Assembly (NCBI GenBank): GCA_040755415.1
Contig: JBFMAZ010000082.1
Coordinates: 148-64,147 of the forward strand
DNA length: 64,000 bases
Source: Thermodesulfobacteriota bacterium
Lineage (GTDB): Bacteria; Desulfobacterota; QYQD01
Reading direction: 5' to 3'
Notes under the pieces: generated by a model
Seen by the model: the letters and a program-made list of their open reading frames with translations, nothing else
What the model was told of the DNA's origin: nothing
The model's database searches: none
Part shown: positions 48,856 through 59,188 of the stretch, in pieces
Layout: the number at the start of each line of letters is the position of its first letter
How positions within the stretch are numbered: the first letter of the stretch is position 1
Program-made: the position numbers and the translations under genes

Positions 48856-49042
48856 TTAGTGTCCATCCGAAAACTACTGTTCCCGGCTTCCTATCTGTGT
48901 GCGACGCACAGGCAGGCACGCTTTCAACGATCAGCGATTAGCTATTAGCAAAAACCTAAGACAAACAACACATTAAGCTGAACGCTGATAGCTGAGTGCT
49001 GACAGTTCATCCGAAATTTTTGGGTTTCCGGGTGAAAACTAA
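48856..49042. mobile_element. MITE-like element, family B termini with AGCTGA(A/T)AGC core
   Basis: TTAGTGTCCATCCGAAAAC ... GGGTTTCCGGGTGAAAACTAA; core homologous to 8546..8701. Confidence 0.65.
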
Positions 49043-49282
49043 TATTATTGTCCCTGTATGCGTCCGCCTTGTCAAATAATTTTGGCAAGCCTGTCGCTTT
49101 TTATGATAAGGTGTCTATAGCAGGCTTTAAGAAAATAAAAACGTCAGGTAAGATCATGCTGCCGGCAAGCGAACTTCCCAGGAACGAGAAAGGCCGGTGG
49201 GAGCTAACGTCTCCAAAATGCAACTATTATTTGCGGCCGCAGGTTGAGCCAGAGGCGGACGGCTGCAAACAGTAAAAGATAT

Positions 49283-49819
49283 ATGGCCGAACACATCTAC
49301 ATCCAGCCAATCTCATCGTCAAGGGGTAGAGAACCCGAGGCGTGGTTATTAGAAAAAATAGCCCATCGGCTTGCCGGGATATTTAATGCAAAGGTCTTCG
49401 TAGAAAAGAATCCTGTTTATGTCCCGGATACAACTTACAATCTCCGCCGGCATCAGTACAGCGCCGAACTGATCGCCCAGTTTCTGGCCAGGGAAAAGAA
49501 AACCGGAAAGGTGCTGGCCGTGGCCGACTTTGATCTCTATGTGCCTTCTCTAAATTTTGTCTTTGGTCTGGCTGGCCTGCTCACGGATATAGCCATAATC
49601 TCACTTGCCCGCCTCAGGCAGGAATTTTATCAACTACCGGCGGATCAGACCCGGCTCACCACACGGGCAATCAAGGAGGCGGTGCATGAGATAGGACATC
49701 TCTACGGATTATCCCATTGTCCAGACACACGCTGCGTCATGCATTTTTCAAACAGCCTCCCGGATACCGACAGAAAAAATGAAGAACCCTGTGCAAAATG
49801 TAGAGAAATGATAAAATAG
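49283..49819 (+). CDS. archaemetzincin-family zinc metalloprotease
   Basis: HEIGHLYGLSHCPDTRCVMHFS plus C-terminal CAKC. The ORF track start 49244 is probably too early. Confidence 0.75.
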   Translation: MAEHIYIQPISSSRGREPEAWLLEKIAHRLAGIFNAKVFVEKNPVYVPDTTYNLRRHQYSAELIAQFLAREKKTGKVLAVADFDLYVPSLNFVFGLAGLLTDIAIISLARLRQEFYQLPADQTRLTTRAIKEAVHEIGHLYGLSHCPDTRCVMHFSNSLPDTDRKNEEPCAKCREMIK

Positions 49820-49834
49820 ATAGAAAAACCTAAA

Positions 49835-49978
49835 TAGTTTTCATCCGGAATCCCTGATTTTCTCCTCTCCCCTGGTGGGAGAGGGTTAGGTGAGGGGGAT
49901 AACCTGCTGATTTTGCCTCAGTTCACCCTCCCCCTGACCCCCCTCCCGTCGAGGGGGGGACTTTTCGGATGAAAACTA
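49835..49978. mobile_element. MITE-like element, family B variant
   Basis: TAGTTTTCATCCGGAA ... CTTTTCGGATGAAAACTA with GGGAGAGGG / CCCTCCC hairpin modules. Confidence 0.7.
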
Positions 49979-50000
49979 AATATGGCAGAAGCGAGATGAT

Positions 50001-51356
50001 ATGAATAAATATGCAGTAATCGTTATCGGCGCCGGACCGTCCGGTCTTTTTAGCTGTCTGGAACTCACTAAAGCCGGGATCGGGCCCATACTACTTATTG
50101 AACAAGGCAAAGACATTTACCACAGGACAAATCGTTCCGGTAAAGACCTCCTCTGCGGATGGGGAGGCGCCGGGGCCTTCAGTGACGGCAAGCTCACCCT
50201 TTCCCCGGATGTAGGAGGATTCCTAGGTGAGATTATACCCCGGAAAGAAGTAAAAAACCTCCTGCAGCAGGCCGATGATATATTCCTTTACTTCGGTGCC
50301 CCTGCCAAAACCTACAGCCCGCCCCGGGAGGTCCTGGATAGTCTGGAAATACAGGCCAAGCTGGCCCAGATGGAGTTTATCTATTCACCGATAAGACATC
50401 TGGGTACGGAGAACTGCGTCAAAGTCCTGACCAACATCCGGGAATATCTGCAGGATAAGATAGATATCCGGACAGAGACAAAAGTGGATCAAATTGTGGT
50501 GGAATCAGGCCAGGCAAAAGGGGTGCGATTGCCTTCCGGAGAAGTCCTGCCCGGAGAATATGTGATCTCTGCCCCCGGTAGGGTGGGAGCTAGCTGGATG
50601 AAAAAAGAAGCGGCCCGCCTGGGCCTTGCGGCCACGCCCAATCCGGTGGACCTCGGCGTCCGGGTAGAAGTGCCCGCAGTAGTGATGCAAAAGCTGACGG
50701 ATGTGGTTTATGAGGCCAAGCTTATCTACTATTCACAGACCTTTGACGACCGGATTCGAACGTTTTGCATGAATCCCTATGGCGAGGTGGTTAGTGAAGC
50801 CGTCGATGGCCTCATCTCTGTAAACGGCCATAGTTATGCGGAAAAACGCTCGGAAAACACAAATTTTGCGCTTTTGGTGAGCAGCCGTTTTACCGAACCT
50901 TTCGATGATCCTATAGGCTATGGCCGGGCTATTGTTTCGCTGGCCAATCTGTTGGGCAGCGGGGTAATAGTCCAACGCCTAGGCGACTTGCTGGCCGGGC
51001 GGCGCACCACCGAAAAAAGACTTTCCCGATGCATCACCCGTCCGACACTACCCGAGGCCACACCCGGCGACCTCAGCTTTGTTTTCCCTTATCGCCACCT
51101 TAAAAATATCATGGAAATGCTGGAGGCCCTGGAAAGGATTGTACCCGGTGTATATTCCCGGCACACTCTTCTCTATGGAGTGGAGGTCAAGTTTTACTCA
51201 CATCGCATTCGTTTAAATAATGAACTGGAATCAGAGGCCAAAAATCTCTTCATCACAGGAGATGGGTCAGGCATTACCCGCGGGCTTATACAGGCCTCGG
51301 TGAGCGGTCTAGTGGCCGCCCGGGCCATTATCAAACGTCACAAGGGTCAGCCTTAG
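50001..51356 (+). CDS. FAD-dependent oxidoreductase (COG2509-like)
   Basis: N-terminal dinucleotide motif VIVIGAGPSGLF and C-terminal GDGSGITRG. Confidence 0.7.
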   Translation: MNKYAVIVIGAGPSGLFSCLELTKAGIGPILLIEQGKDIYHRTNRSGKDLLCGWGGAGAFSDGKLTLSPDVGGFLGEIIPRKEVKNLLQQADDIFLYFGAPAKTYSPPREVLDSLEIQAKLAQMEFIYSPIRHLGTENCVKVLTNIREYLQDKIDIRTETKVDQIVVESGQAKGVRLPSGEVLPGEYVISAPGRVGASWMKKEAARLGLAATPNPVDLGVRVEVPAVVMQKLTDVVYEAKLIYYSQTFDDRIRTFCMNPYGEVVSEAVDGLISVNGHSYAEKRSENTNFALLVSSRFTEPFDDPIGYGRAIVSLANLLGSGVIVQRLGDLLAGRRTTEKRLSRCITRPTLPEATPGDLSFVFPYRHLKNIMEMLEALERIVPGVYSRHTLLYGVEVKFYSHRIRLNNELESEAKNLFITGDGSGITRGLIQASVSGLVAARAIIKRHKGQP

Positions 51357-52567
51357 AAAAAATTCAAACCTAATATCTTAGAGATGCGCCACAGCTTACC
51401 GGCGGGCTCTGTCTCTTCCTCCGGTCCGGCTGATGGGTCAAGCAAGACCTTGGCCAGGGATTCAATAGAACGGGAAAAGCCCGAGTGAGAAAATTCGGTA
51501 AAAAGCGGCCTTTTCTTTAGCTCGGCCTTGTTAATAACCTCAGCCTCATAAGGCAAGGAGCCCATATAGTTCGGCTTTAAAACAAACTCTGTCTCGTGGG
51601 CATTTATGTTCTCGTCCGCGGTTTTTACGATATTTTCAAAAACCATCTTGCCCTGCTGAGGATTCCTCACCTGATTGACGACTATGTGGGGCGCAAAATA
51701 ATCTTTAACCTCATACTTCTTATTGCGTCTGAGTCTATTCTCGATTTCCTTAAAACGCTGGAAAGAGGCCTTTATACACGCATATCCACTGATTATATCC
51801 TGGGGCGTAGTTACAATGATTATCTCGTCCATGGCCAGGGCAAAGTCGAGCACCGCATAGCTAATACCCGCCCCAAGATCAAATATGGTCATATCATAAT
51901 ATTTACCTGTGGCCAAAAAATGTTTAATAAACTTATGCCTCTGGACATAATTGAGATTGGCCAGTTTGTATTCTCCGGCGACCCCTCCTATTAGTTCAAA
52001 ACCGTAAGCAGTCTGGTAAATAATTTCCTCTATCTTTTTCGCATGGCTGAAAAAATGTTGGAGGGTGCATAAAGGAAATATCCCCAGCTTGTTGGAAACA
52101 TCGGCATTGGCCAGATCACCGTCGATAAGGAGGATGTGTTTACCCAGTTTAGACAGGGCACAGCTCAGGTTGATGGAGACGTGCGTCTTGCCCACCCCTC
52201 CCTTGTTCGAGATAACCGCAAAGGTCTTATGGGTGGGCCGAATATCCTCCAGGCATGATACTTCGGCATCATTATATTCCAGGTCGCCGTAATATGTATC
52301 AATCGCCGTTAATATATCGCCGACCGGCATGGTTACCGGTATCACGTCCTTACCGGTATAAGATTTAACGGCGTCCAGGGTTTCATAATCGTCGGAGTCA
52401 GCCACGGCCACCTGAAGTTTTTCATCTATGACCTTTAACGGCATGCATCTAAAATTCCGGGCAAAGACGCCGTTAAGCTGTCTCACTGCCTCATTTTCAA
52501 TGTCCATCGCCGGGTTTGTAGTTAATGGCCCGGCCCCGGCAGACGCATAAGCCTCTCCAGTCTCCAT
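51353..52567 (-). CDS. MinD/ParA-family P-loop ATPase with N-terminal GspE-N (T2SSE_N)-like domain
   Basis: ARNFRCMPLKVIDEKLQVAVADSDDYETLDAVKSYTGKDVIPV...AIDTYY followed by deviant Walker A SNKGGVGKT and LIDGD. Confidence 0.7.
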   Translation of the reverse strand: METGEAYASAGAGPLTTNPAMDIENEAVRQLNGVFARNFRCMPLKVIDEKLQVAVADSDDYETLDAVKSYTGKDVIPVTMPVGDILTAIDTYYGDLEYNDAEVSCLEDIRPTHKTFAVISNKGGVGKTHVSINLSCALSKLGKHILLIDGDLANADVSNKLGIFPLCTLQHFFSHAKKIEEIIYQTAYGFELIGGVAGEYKLANLNYVQRHKFIKHFLATGKYYDMTIFDLGAGISYAVLDFALAMDEIIIVTTPQDIISGYACIKASFQRFKEIENRLRRNKKYEVKDYFAPHIVVNQVRNPQQGKMVFENIVKTADENINAHETEFVLKPNYMGSLPYEAEVINKAELKKRPLFTEFSHSGFSRSIESLAKVLLDPSAGPEEETEPAGKLWRISKILGLNFF

Positions 52568-52711
52568 TGGATCCCCCTCGTTTTGAGCTATAAGTCAGCA
52601 GTCAGCAGGAAAAGGCCGATGGCTTATAGCTGATAGCTGAACGCTTATTTATAAGAATCGGCAGGAAAAACAATTAACTTTAAGGTTGATGAACTCGTAA
52701 AAAGTCAGATT

Positions 52712-52872
52712 TCCCCTCCCCTGGGAGGCTGTGTCATAATCGTTATTTGTCATTGCGAGCGACCGAAGGGAGCGCGGCAATCTCTATAATTTCAATACGT
52801 TGTGAGATTGCTTCGGTCGTTTCACTCCCTCGCAATGACATTACGACACAGTCTCTTGGTGGGAGGGGACTA
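52712..52872. repeat. composite palindromic element containing GTCATTGCGAG arms
   Basis: Outer arms TCCCCTCCCCTGGGAGG / CTTGGTGGGAGGGGA. Inner arms GTCATTGCGAGCGACCGAAGG...GCAATCTC // GAGATTGC...CTCGCAATGAC. Confidence 0.75.
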
Positions 52873-53448
52873 AGGGGGAACACGTTAAAAGCTGTCACTT
52901 ATTTGGTCAGCCCGATTTTGAGATAGCGTTGGCAATAGCCGAAGTACAAACTCCCAAGTGTCTGGCTATCTCCACCCTTAGTGACTCCCGGCTCATGAGT
53001 TAGTGGTGGAGGGGGGCCTGGAGCGTATAATCTGGCTCGACGAGGCATAGAGGGTTTTTAGCACAAACCTATTTACTCGTAAGGTGAATAGGTTTTAAGC
53101 ACGTTTCTGGGCCTTGAAGCCGCCTGGAACGCATTCGGGGTCGGCAACCCCGGGAAACCTTCCAGACATTTTGCAAGAGGCTCATACTATACGCATATTT
53201 TTAAAAGGGAGATAATTATGTTACGATCGCAAAATCAGGAAGGTGATTGACACATAATTTAGCCAATGATACTTAACCAAGGAGGCGGAGTATGTCAACG
53301 GACTACTTGGTGCGGATAATGGACTGAACCTAACGAGGCAAGAGAATATTATAAAATAATAGACGCCCCCGAAGTACACAAGAGGTACTGTTAAAGGTGG
53401 AATGAATTCCAATAATTATACGTTAATCTGCGTAAGGAGCGTGTATTG

Positions 53449-54665
53449 ATGGCAAATGAAGACCTGTCGAAGCTGAAGATAGACAAGACTGCAGAAGTCT
53501 ATAGGCCGCAGAAGAGGCATAAGGTATTCTATTGGATAGGCGGGGTAATTGTCCTTGCGCTTGCAACGATCCTTTTTGCAAAAGGGGTTTTTACGCCGCG
53601 GTTGAGGTAGCGCCGGCAAATGTAACACAGATATATCCGTCACAGACATTTACACTTCTCAATGCCAGCGGGTATGTTGTAGCCCAGCGGAAGGCTGCCG
53701 TTGCTTCAAAGGTAACCGGACGTCTCATATCGCTGACAGTAGAAGAAGGCAGCAGAGTAAAAAAGGGAGAGGTGATCGCCCGTCTTGAAAACGATGACGT
53801 TATCGCAGCGCGCAGCCAGGCGGAGGCAAATCTGAATGCGGCACGACATAACCTTGAACAGGCAAAGGCGGAACTGAATGACGCCACGGTCTCTTTCGAA
53901 CGATACAGGAATCTGATAGGGGAGGGGTTTGTTTCAAAAGCAGACTATGACGCCTCAGATGCGCGGTATAGAAAGGCAGCCGCTGCGGTTGCGGCTGCTG
54001 GGGCAGCGGTCAAGGCGGGCAATGCGGCCCTTCAGAGCACAAATGTCGCGGTCGAATATACTTTTATACGCGCCCCGTTTGATGCGGTGGTATTGACCAA
54101 AAATGCAGATGTGGGTGATATCGTCACTCCCATAGGCGCCGCCGCCGATGCCAAGGCGGCCGTAGTAACCATTGCCGATATGGAGTCGCTCCTTGTGGAA
54201 GTCGATGTATCGGAATCGAACCTTCAGATGGTGAGGACGGGGCAGCCATGCGAAATACAGCTTGATGCCTTGCCTGATTCACGATTCCGCGGGGTCGTTC
54301 ATATGATCGTACCCACAGCCGATCGCACGAAAGCAACGATATTGGTGAAAGTCCGTTTTGTTGATAAAGACAACAGAGTATTACCGGAGATGAGCGCCAA
54401 GGCGGCATTTCTTTCACGGGAGATAAGAGACGATGAACAAAAGCCGCGCACCGCTCTTAATCCCGCTGCCGTAACCGACCGTAAAGGCAGGGCCTCGGTT
54501 TTTCTTATCAAAGAGGATAGGGCGATTGAGACGCCGGTGACCTTGGGTGAAAAGCTCGGCGATATGGTGGAGGTTCTGGGTGGTGTGAAGGCAGGGGACA
54601 GGGTTGTGCTGAGGCCGCTGGACAAGGTTAAAAACGGCTCGAGGATAAAAATCGCAGAAAAGTAA
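53449..54665 (+). pseudogene. HlyD/MacA-type periplasmic adaptor, frameshifted after the N-terminal TM helix
   Basis: ATG 53449 (AAGGAG RBS) encodes MANEDLSKL...VFYWIGGVIVLALATILFAKGVF, then stops at 53608. The rest of the protein (VEVAPANV...barrel and coiled-coil) continues in another frame across GCAAAAGGGGTTTTT (53578..53592). Confidence 0.65.
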
Positions 54666-55366
54666 TGGACAACGGATCTCCGATTGTAGAAATAAGGAAG
54701 CTTTCCAAGTCATATCGCCGCGGCAACCAGATTATCTCCGTTTTAAATGAGATATCTCTGGATATCAGCCGGGGAGAATTCATGGCCCTGATGGGGCCGT
54801 CAGGCTCCGGAAAGACAACTCTGTTGAACCTGATAGCCGGGATAGACCGGCCGGACAGCGGAACGATAACCGTAGGCGGCATCGACATCACCGCCCTTTC
54901 CGAAACCGAACTTGCCCGCTGGCGCGCCTCAAGTGTCGGCTTTATATTCCAGTTTTACAACCTGATCCCTGTTCTTACCGCTTTTGAGAATGTTGAACTG
55001 CCCCTGCTTCTGACCGGGCTTTCGAGAAGGGATCGGAGAACACATGTTGATATGGCCCTGCGAGCGGTGAACCTTGCGGACAGGATGGACCATTATCCGG
55101 GGCAGCTCTCAGGCGGACAACAACAGCGCGTTGCCATCGCACGCGCTGTTGTCACCGATCCGATGATTCTGGTTGCAGATGAGCCGACCGGCGACCTGGA
55201 TCGCGTTTCAGCAGAAGAGATACTGGAATTGATGGAACGTCTCGTTCATGAGCTCGGCAAGACCATTATCATGGTTACACATGATCCCAGGGCAGCCAGG
55301 AAGGCCCATGTTATCCAGTACCTGGATAAAGGTATTTTGAATGCGCATCCTCAAGCCGATTTTTAA
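54665..55366 (+). CDS. ABC transporter ATP-binding protein (MacB/LolD-like)
   Basis: Walker [10 protein letters not shown], signature [14 protein letters not shown], Walker [13 protein letters not shown]. Confidence 0.9.
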   Translation: MDNGSPIVEIRKLSKSYRRGNQIISVLNEISLDISRGEFMALMGPSGSGKTTLLNLIAGIDRPDSGTITVGGIDITALSETELARWRASSVGFIFQFYNLIPVLTAFENVELPLLLTGLSRRDRRTHVDMALRAVNLADRMDHYPGQLSGGQQQRVAIARAVVTDPMILVADEPTGDLDRVSAEEILELMERLVHELGKTIIMVTHDPRAARKAHVIQYLDKGILNAHPQADF

Positions 55367-56500
55367 AAATGCATTCCGGCATAAACTCCGCACCTTTCTG
55401 ACCGTGCTCGGCGTCACCATTGCCATCCTCGCCTTCGGCCTCTTGCGTACCGTGATAAGCGCCTGGTACACAGGTGTTGAGGCCTCTTCCGCCAGCCGCC
55501 TTGTGACGAGAAATTCCGTATCGCTTATTTTTCCCCTTCCTGTTTCGTACAAAGAGAAGATTCGCCAGATCGAAGGGGGTGAAGGTGGTCTCTTTCGGTA
55601 GCTGGTTCGGCGGTATCTACATTGACGAAAAAAACTTCTTTGCAAATTACGCCGTAGAACCCCGGACCTATCTTCAACTGTATCCTGAATTTGTTATTCC
55701 TGAGGGACAGAGGGGCGCTTTTTTCCGTGACAGGAAATCCGCCGTTGCCGGCCACAAGCTGGCCGCTAAATATGGCTGGAAGATCGGCGATATGATAACC
55801 CTTAAAGGGACCATCTTCCCCGGCGACTGGGATTTTGTCTTACGAAGTATCTACAAGGGGAGAGACGAGACGGTGGATGAGACTGCTTTTTTCTTCCACT
55901 GGGAATATCTCAACGAGACGTTGAAGCAAAAGGCCCCCGGCCGGGCGGATCAGGTAGGTTTCTATATGATCGGGGGTAACCGACCCGAACCTGGCTGCCG
56001 ATGTGGCTGCAGAAATCGATAAGGCATTCAAGAACTCCATTGCGGAGACATTGACTGAAACGGGAAAATCATTCCAACTCGGCTTTATCTCGATGTCCGA
56101 GGCGATAGTCGTCGCCGTTCAGTTGGTATCCTTCGTGATAATCATCATTATTATGGCGGTGGTCGCCAATACTATGGCAATGACCGCACGGGAGAGAATC
56201 GGTGAATACGCCGTCTTCAAGACGCTCGGATTCGGTAGTCTCTACATTTCAGCCTTGATATTCGGTGAATCCCTGTTTGTCACAATGATAGGGTCTGCCA
56301 TAGGTATTGTACTCACCTTCCCGGCGGCAGAGATTTTCAGTAAGCAATTGAGCACATACTTCCCTGTATTCAATGTTGCCACGGAAACCATTTATATGGA
56401 TATCCTGGCGTCTTTCCTGGTGGCATCAGTCGCGGCAATCTTTCCGGCCTGGCGTGCCGTCAATATCCGCATAGCTGACGGGCTGAGGAGGATAGGGTAA
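55341..56500 (+). pseudogene. FtsX/MacB-type ABC permease split into three frames by two +1 shifts in G5 runs
   Basis: ORFs 55341..55601, 55579..56022 and 56003..56500 are colinear pieces. Removing one G at 55575..55579 and one at 55972..55976 restores ...IEGVKVVSF... and ...MIGVTDPNLAADVAAEIDK.... Confidence 0.65.
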
Positions 56501-57837
56501 GTGAAGATACCCTTTTCATACAGTCTCCGCAATCTTTGGACACGCCGCCTTACCACCGTTCTTACCATAGCGGGCATGGCCCTTGTTGTTTTTGTATTCT
56601 CAGCGATTCTCATGCTTGCCGAGGGGCTGCAAAAGACCTTGGTGGATACCGGCTCATATGATAACGCGGTGATAATCCGCAAGGCGGCGGGATCAGAGGT
56701 GCAGAGCGGGGTGGAGCGTCCGCAGGCTTCCATAATCGAAACCCAGCCGGAAGTGGCTATAGGCGCAGACGGCAAACGCCTGCTGGTAAAGGAATTGGTC
56801 GTCCTTATCGTTCTACCTAAACGCGGAACTGATAAACCGGCCAATGTCGTCATAAGGGGAATCTCCGGGAGTTCAATGCTTCTTCGGCCGCAGGTAAGAT
56901 TGACGGAGGGGCGCATGCCGAGACCGGGCTCTTCAGAGATAATCGCCGGACAGAGCGTGGCCAAGAGGTTTAAGGGAGGAGGCATCGGGGAGACGCTCCG
57001 CTTCGGCATGAGGGACTGGACCGTGGGAGGGATATTTGACGCAGGGAATACCGGCTATGCCTCAGAGATATGGGGCGATGTGGATCAACTCATGCAGGCC
57101 TTCCGGCGTCCTGTCTATTCTTCGATCTTGTTCAGGCTGCGTGATTCTTCGGAATTTGAAAGATTCGTATCAGTTTAGCTGTTTGAAAAAGTATTTTAAA
57201 ATCCCTCCCAACCTCCCTTTTCCAAAGGGAGGAGAAACATTTCCCCCTTTGAAAAAGGGGGATTAAGGGGGATTTTCGAGGCGCCGTTTTCTGGACGACT
57301 AGCTCTTTTCAAACAGCTAAAGTGTTACAAAGATTCAAGGCGCGCATCGAAAGCGACCCCCGGCTCACGCTTGAGGCATTGCGTGAGACACGGTACTATG
57401 AAAAACAGTCGGAGATGATGGCAAAATTCCTCCGCATCCTCGGCATTACTCTGACGTTGATATTTTCTCTCGGCGCCGTTATCGGCGCAATGATTACCAT
57501 GTACGCCGCGGTTGCCAACAGAACCGATGAAATCGGCACCATGCGCGCACTCGGTTTCCAGCGACGGAGTATTCTGGCAACCTTTGTCATGGAGTCACTG
57601 CTCCTTGGATTTATCGGGGGTTTTATCGGACTGTTTTTCGCCTCTTTCTTGCAGCTTTTCACCATTTCCACCATGAACTTCCAGACTTTTTCCGAGCTTG
57701 CCTTTTCATTTTCGCTGACCTTCGGGATCATTTACAAGGCTATGGCCTTTGCGCTGATAATGGGCTTTGTAGGCGGTGTTCTTCCCGCAGTCAGGGCGGC
57801 GAGGATGAGTATTGTGGAGTCATTGAGGGCAAGTTGA
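56501..57837 (+). pseudogene. second FtsX/MacB-type ABC permease, interrupted by a 162-bp MITE
   Basis: ORFs 56501..57178 and 57322..57837. Removing the element and one TSD copy restores ...SSEFERFKARIESDP... in frame. Confidence 0.8.
57167..57328 (+). mobile_element. 162-bp MITE (family A) inserted in the permease gene, TSD AAAGATTC
   Basis: Termini GTATCAGTTTAGCTGTTTGAAAAAG / CTTTTCAAACAGCTAAAGTGTTAC. Duplicated AAAGATTC at 57159..57166 and 57329..57336. Confidence 0.9.
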
Positions 57838-58519
57838 TTGTCGCGATTTTATAGGTAGATATGAGTTTATATGTGGGATCTTGGGGACGCTCCTAAGATT
57901 ATAGGTTACTATAGATTTCTTCCATGTAAATAATGGCCCGGGATAATTCGAATTCGTTGCTCAAAGAGTAGAAACTTATAAACTAATAAGCCCAAGATAC
58001 ACCTTGGTTCCAAAAGTCCATGTGGTCACAATTCCCAGCACTGCAATCAATATAATAGGCTATAGGAAAGTCATCACCTACTACCCAAATATCAAAGCGA
58101 ATCACGCCGACCTTTTCTCCTTTGGCTTTGTCTGTAAAAAGAATCGGCAACTCTTCCGGGGTAGGTTCTTTAAATGTAATATTATTTAAATGTCATTTTA
58201 TTGTACTATACAGAATATGTCAGCGGTCCCGTGAAAACGTAAGAAAACGGGCAATTTGAAAATGCAGCACTTTTGTGGCATAGAGTATGCTTGCATGGTG
58301 CATGTGAACCCTGTGAACTCAAATACTTACAAGAATACGAAGAAGAGAAGAACAGTATTGATTGAGCATTTTGGGAAGAAGACCGGCATTTTCATGTTGC
58401 CAGATCTGATGCATATTCAGATTACCGCTGACAGAATATGGTGTTATTGTGGAGACTAAAGGACGAATTGATGTTCGATACCTTGTAATCGGTATGCCCG
58501 GGCGGTCGTACCGGGAGAG

Positions 58520-59071
58520 ATGATTATGCCTACGATGATTTCACATACGGTTGTTGCGGTTGCTGCTGGAAAGGCATTCGCACCAACAGATGTCCCCGAT
58601 CATTTCTGGTTACTTTCCATAGCCTGTTCAGTTATTCCTGATGCCGACGTTATCGGATTTCCCTTTGGCGTCCCCTATGACCATTTTTTCGGGCACAGAG
58701 GTTTTTTCCATTCACCGTTTTTTAGTCTATTATTGAGCATCTTCATTGTTAGTGTTTTCTTCCCCGGCGTAGGGATATTTTCCAGACAGTGGTTCTTCTA
58801 TTTTATTTTCTTTTTCCTCGTATCAGCCAGTCACGGCGTCCTGGACGCCTTCACCAATGGTGGTCTGGGGGTTGCCCTATTATCGCCTTTCGATAATACG
58901 AGATATTTCTTCCCATGGACACCGATCATGGTCTCCCCGATTGGTATAAAAGCCTTCTTCAGCAAATGGGGTCTGGCGGTCATTAAAAGTGAGCTGATAT
59001 GGATTTGGCTGCCTTCGTTGTTAACCGTTATTATTTCAATGCTGATTCGTGCCGGGATCGTAAGGTATTAG
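58520..59071 (+). CDS. membrane-bound metal-dependent hydrolase (YdjM/DUF457-like)
   Basis: N-terminus SHTVVAVAAG, HRGFFHS motif, four to five TM segments. Confidence 0.65.
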   Translation: MIMPTMISHTVVAVAAGKAFAPTDVPDHFWLLSIACSVIPDADVIGFPFGVPYDHFFGHRGFFHSPFFSLLLSIFIVSVFFPGVGIFSRQWFFYFIFFFLVSASHGVLDAFTNGGLGVALLSPFDNTRYFFPWTPIMVSPIGIKAFFSKWGLAVIKSELIWIWLPSLLTVIISMLIRAGIVRY

Positions 59072-59188
59072 ACAATTGAAATAACCAAAAAATTAGGATA
59101 TAGAAAGCATACCTATAACCTATAACACATCTCGAAAACCGGAATTAACCTCAAGATGCTTTGATTTTTCTAGAAGGAATCTACGGAT

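Noticed and set aside
49048-49275. 75-aa plus-strand ORF upstream of the archaemetzincin gene
   Set aside because: It starts inside or at the edge of a MITE, with no RBS or recognisable motif. Evidence is insufficient to call it a gene.
53221-53649. Minus-strand ORFs 53221..53412 and 53416..53649
   Set aside because: No RBS or motifs are present. The second overlaps the N-terminus of the adaptor gene, which has a strong AAGGAG RBS and a TM helix on the plus strand.
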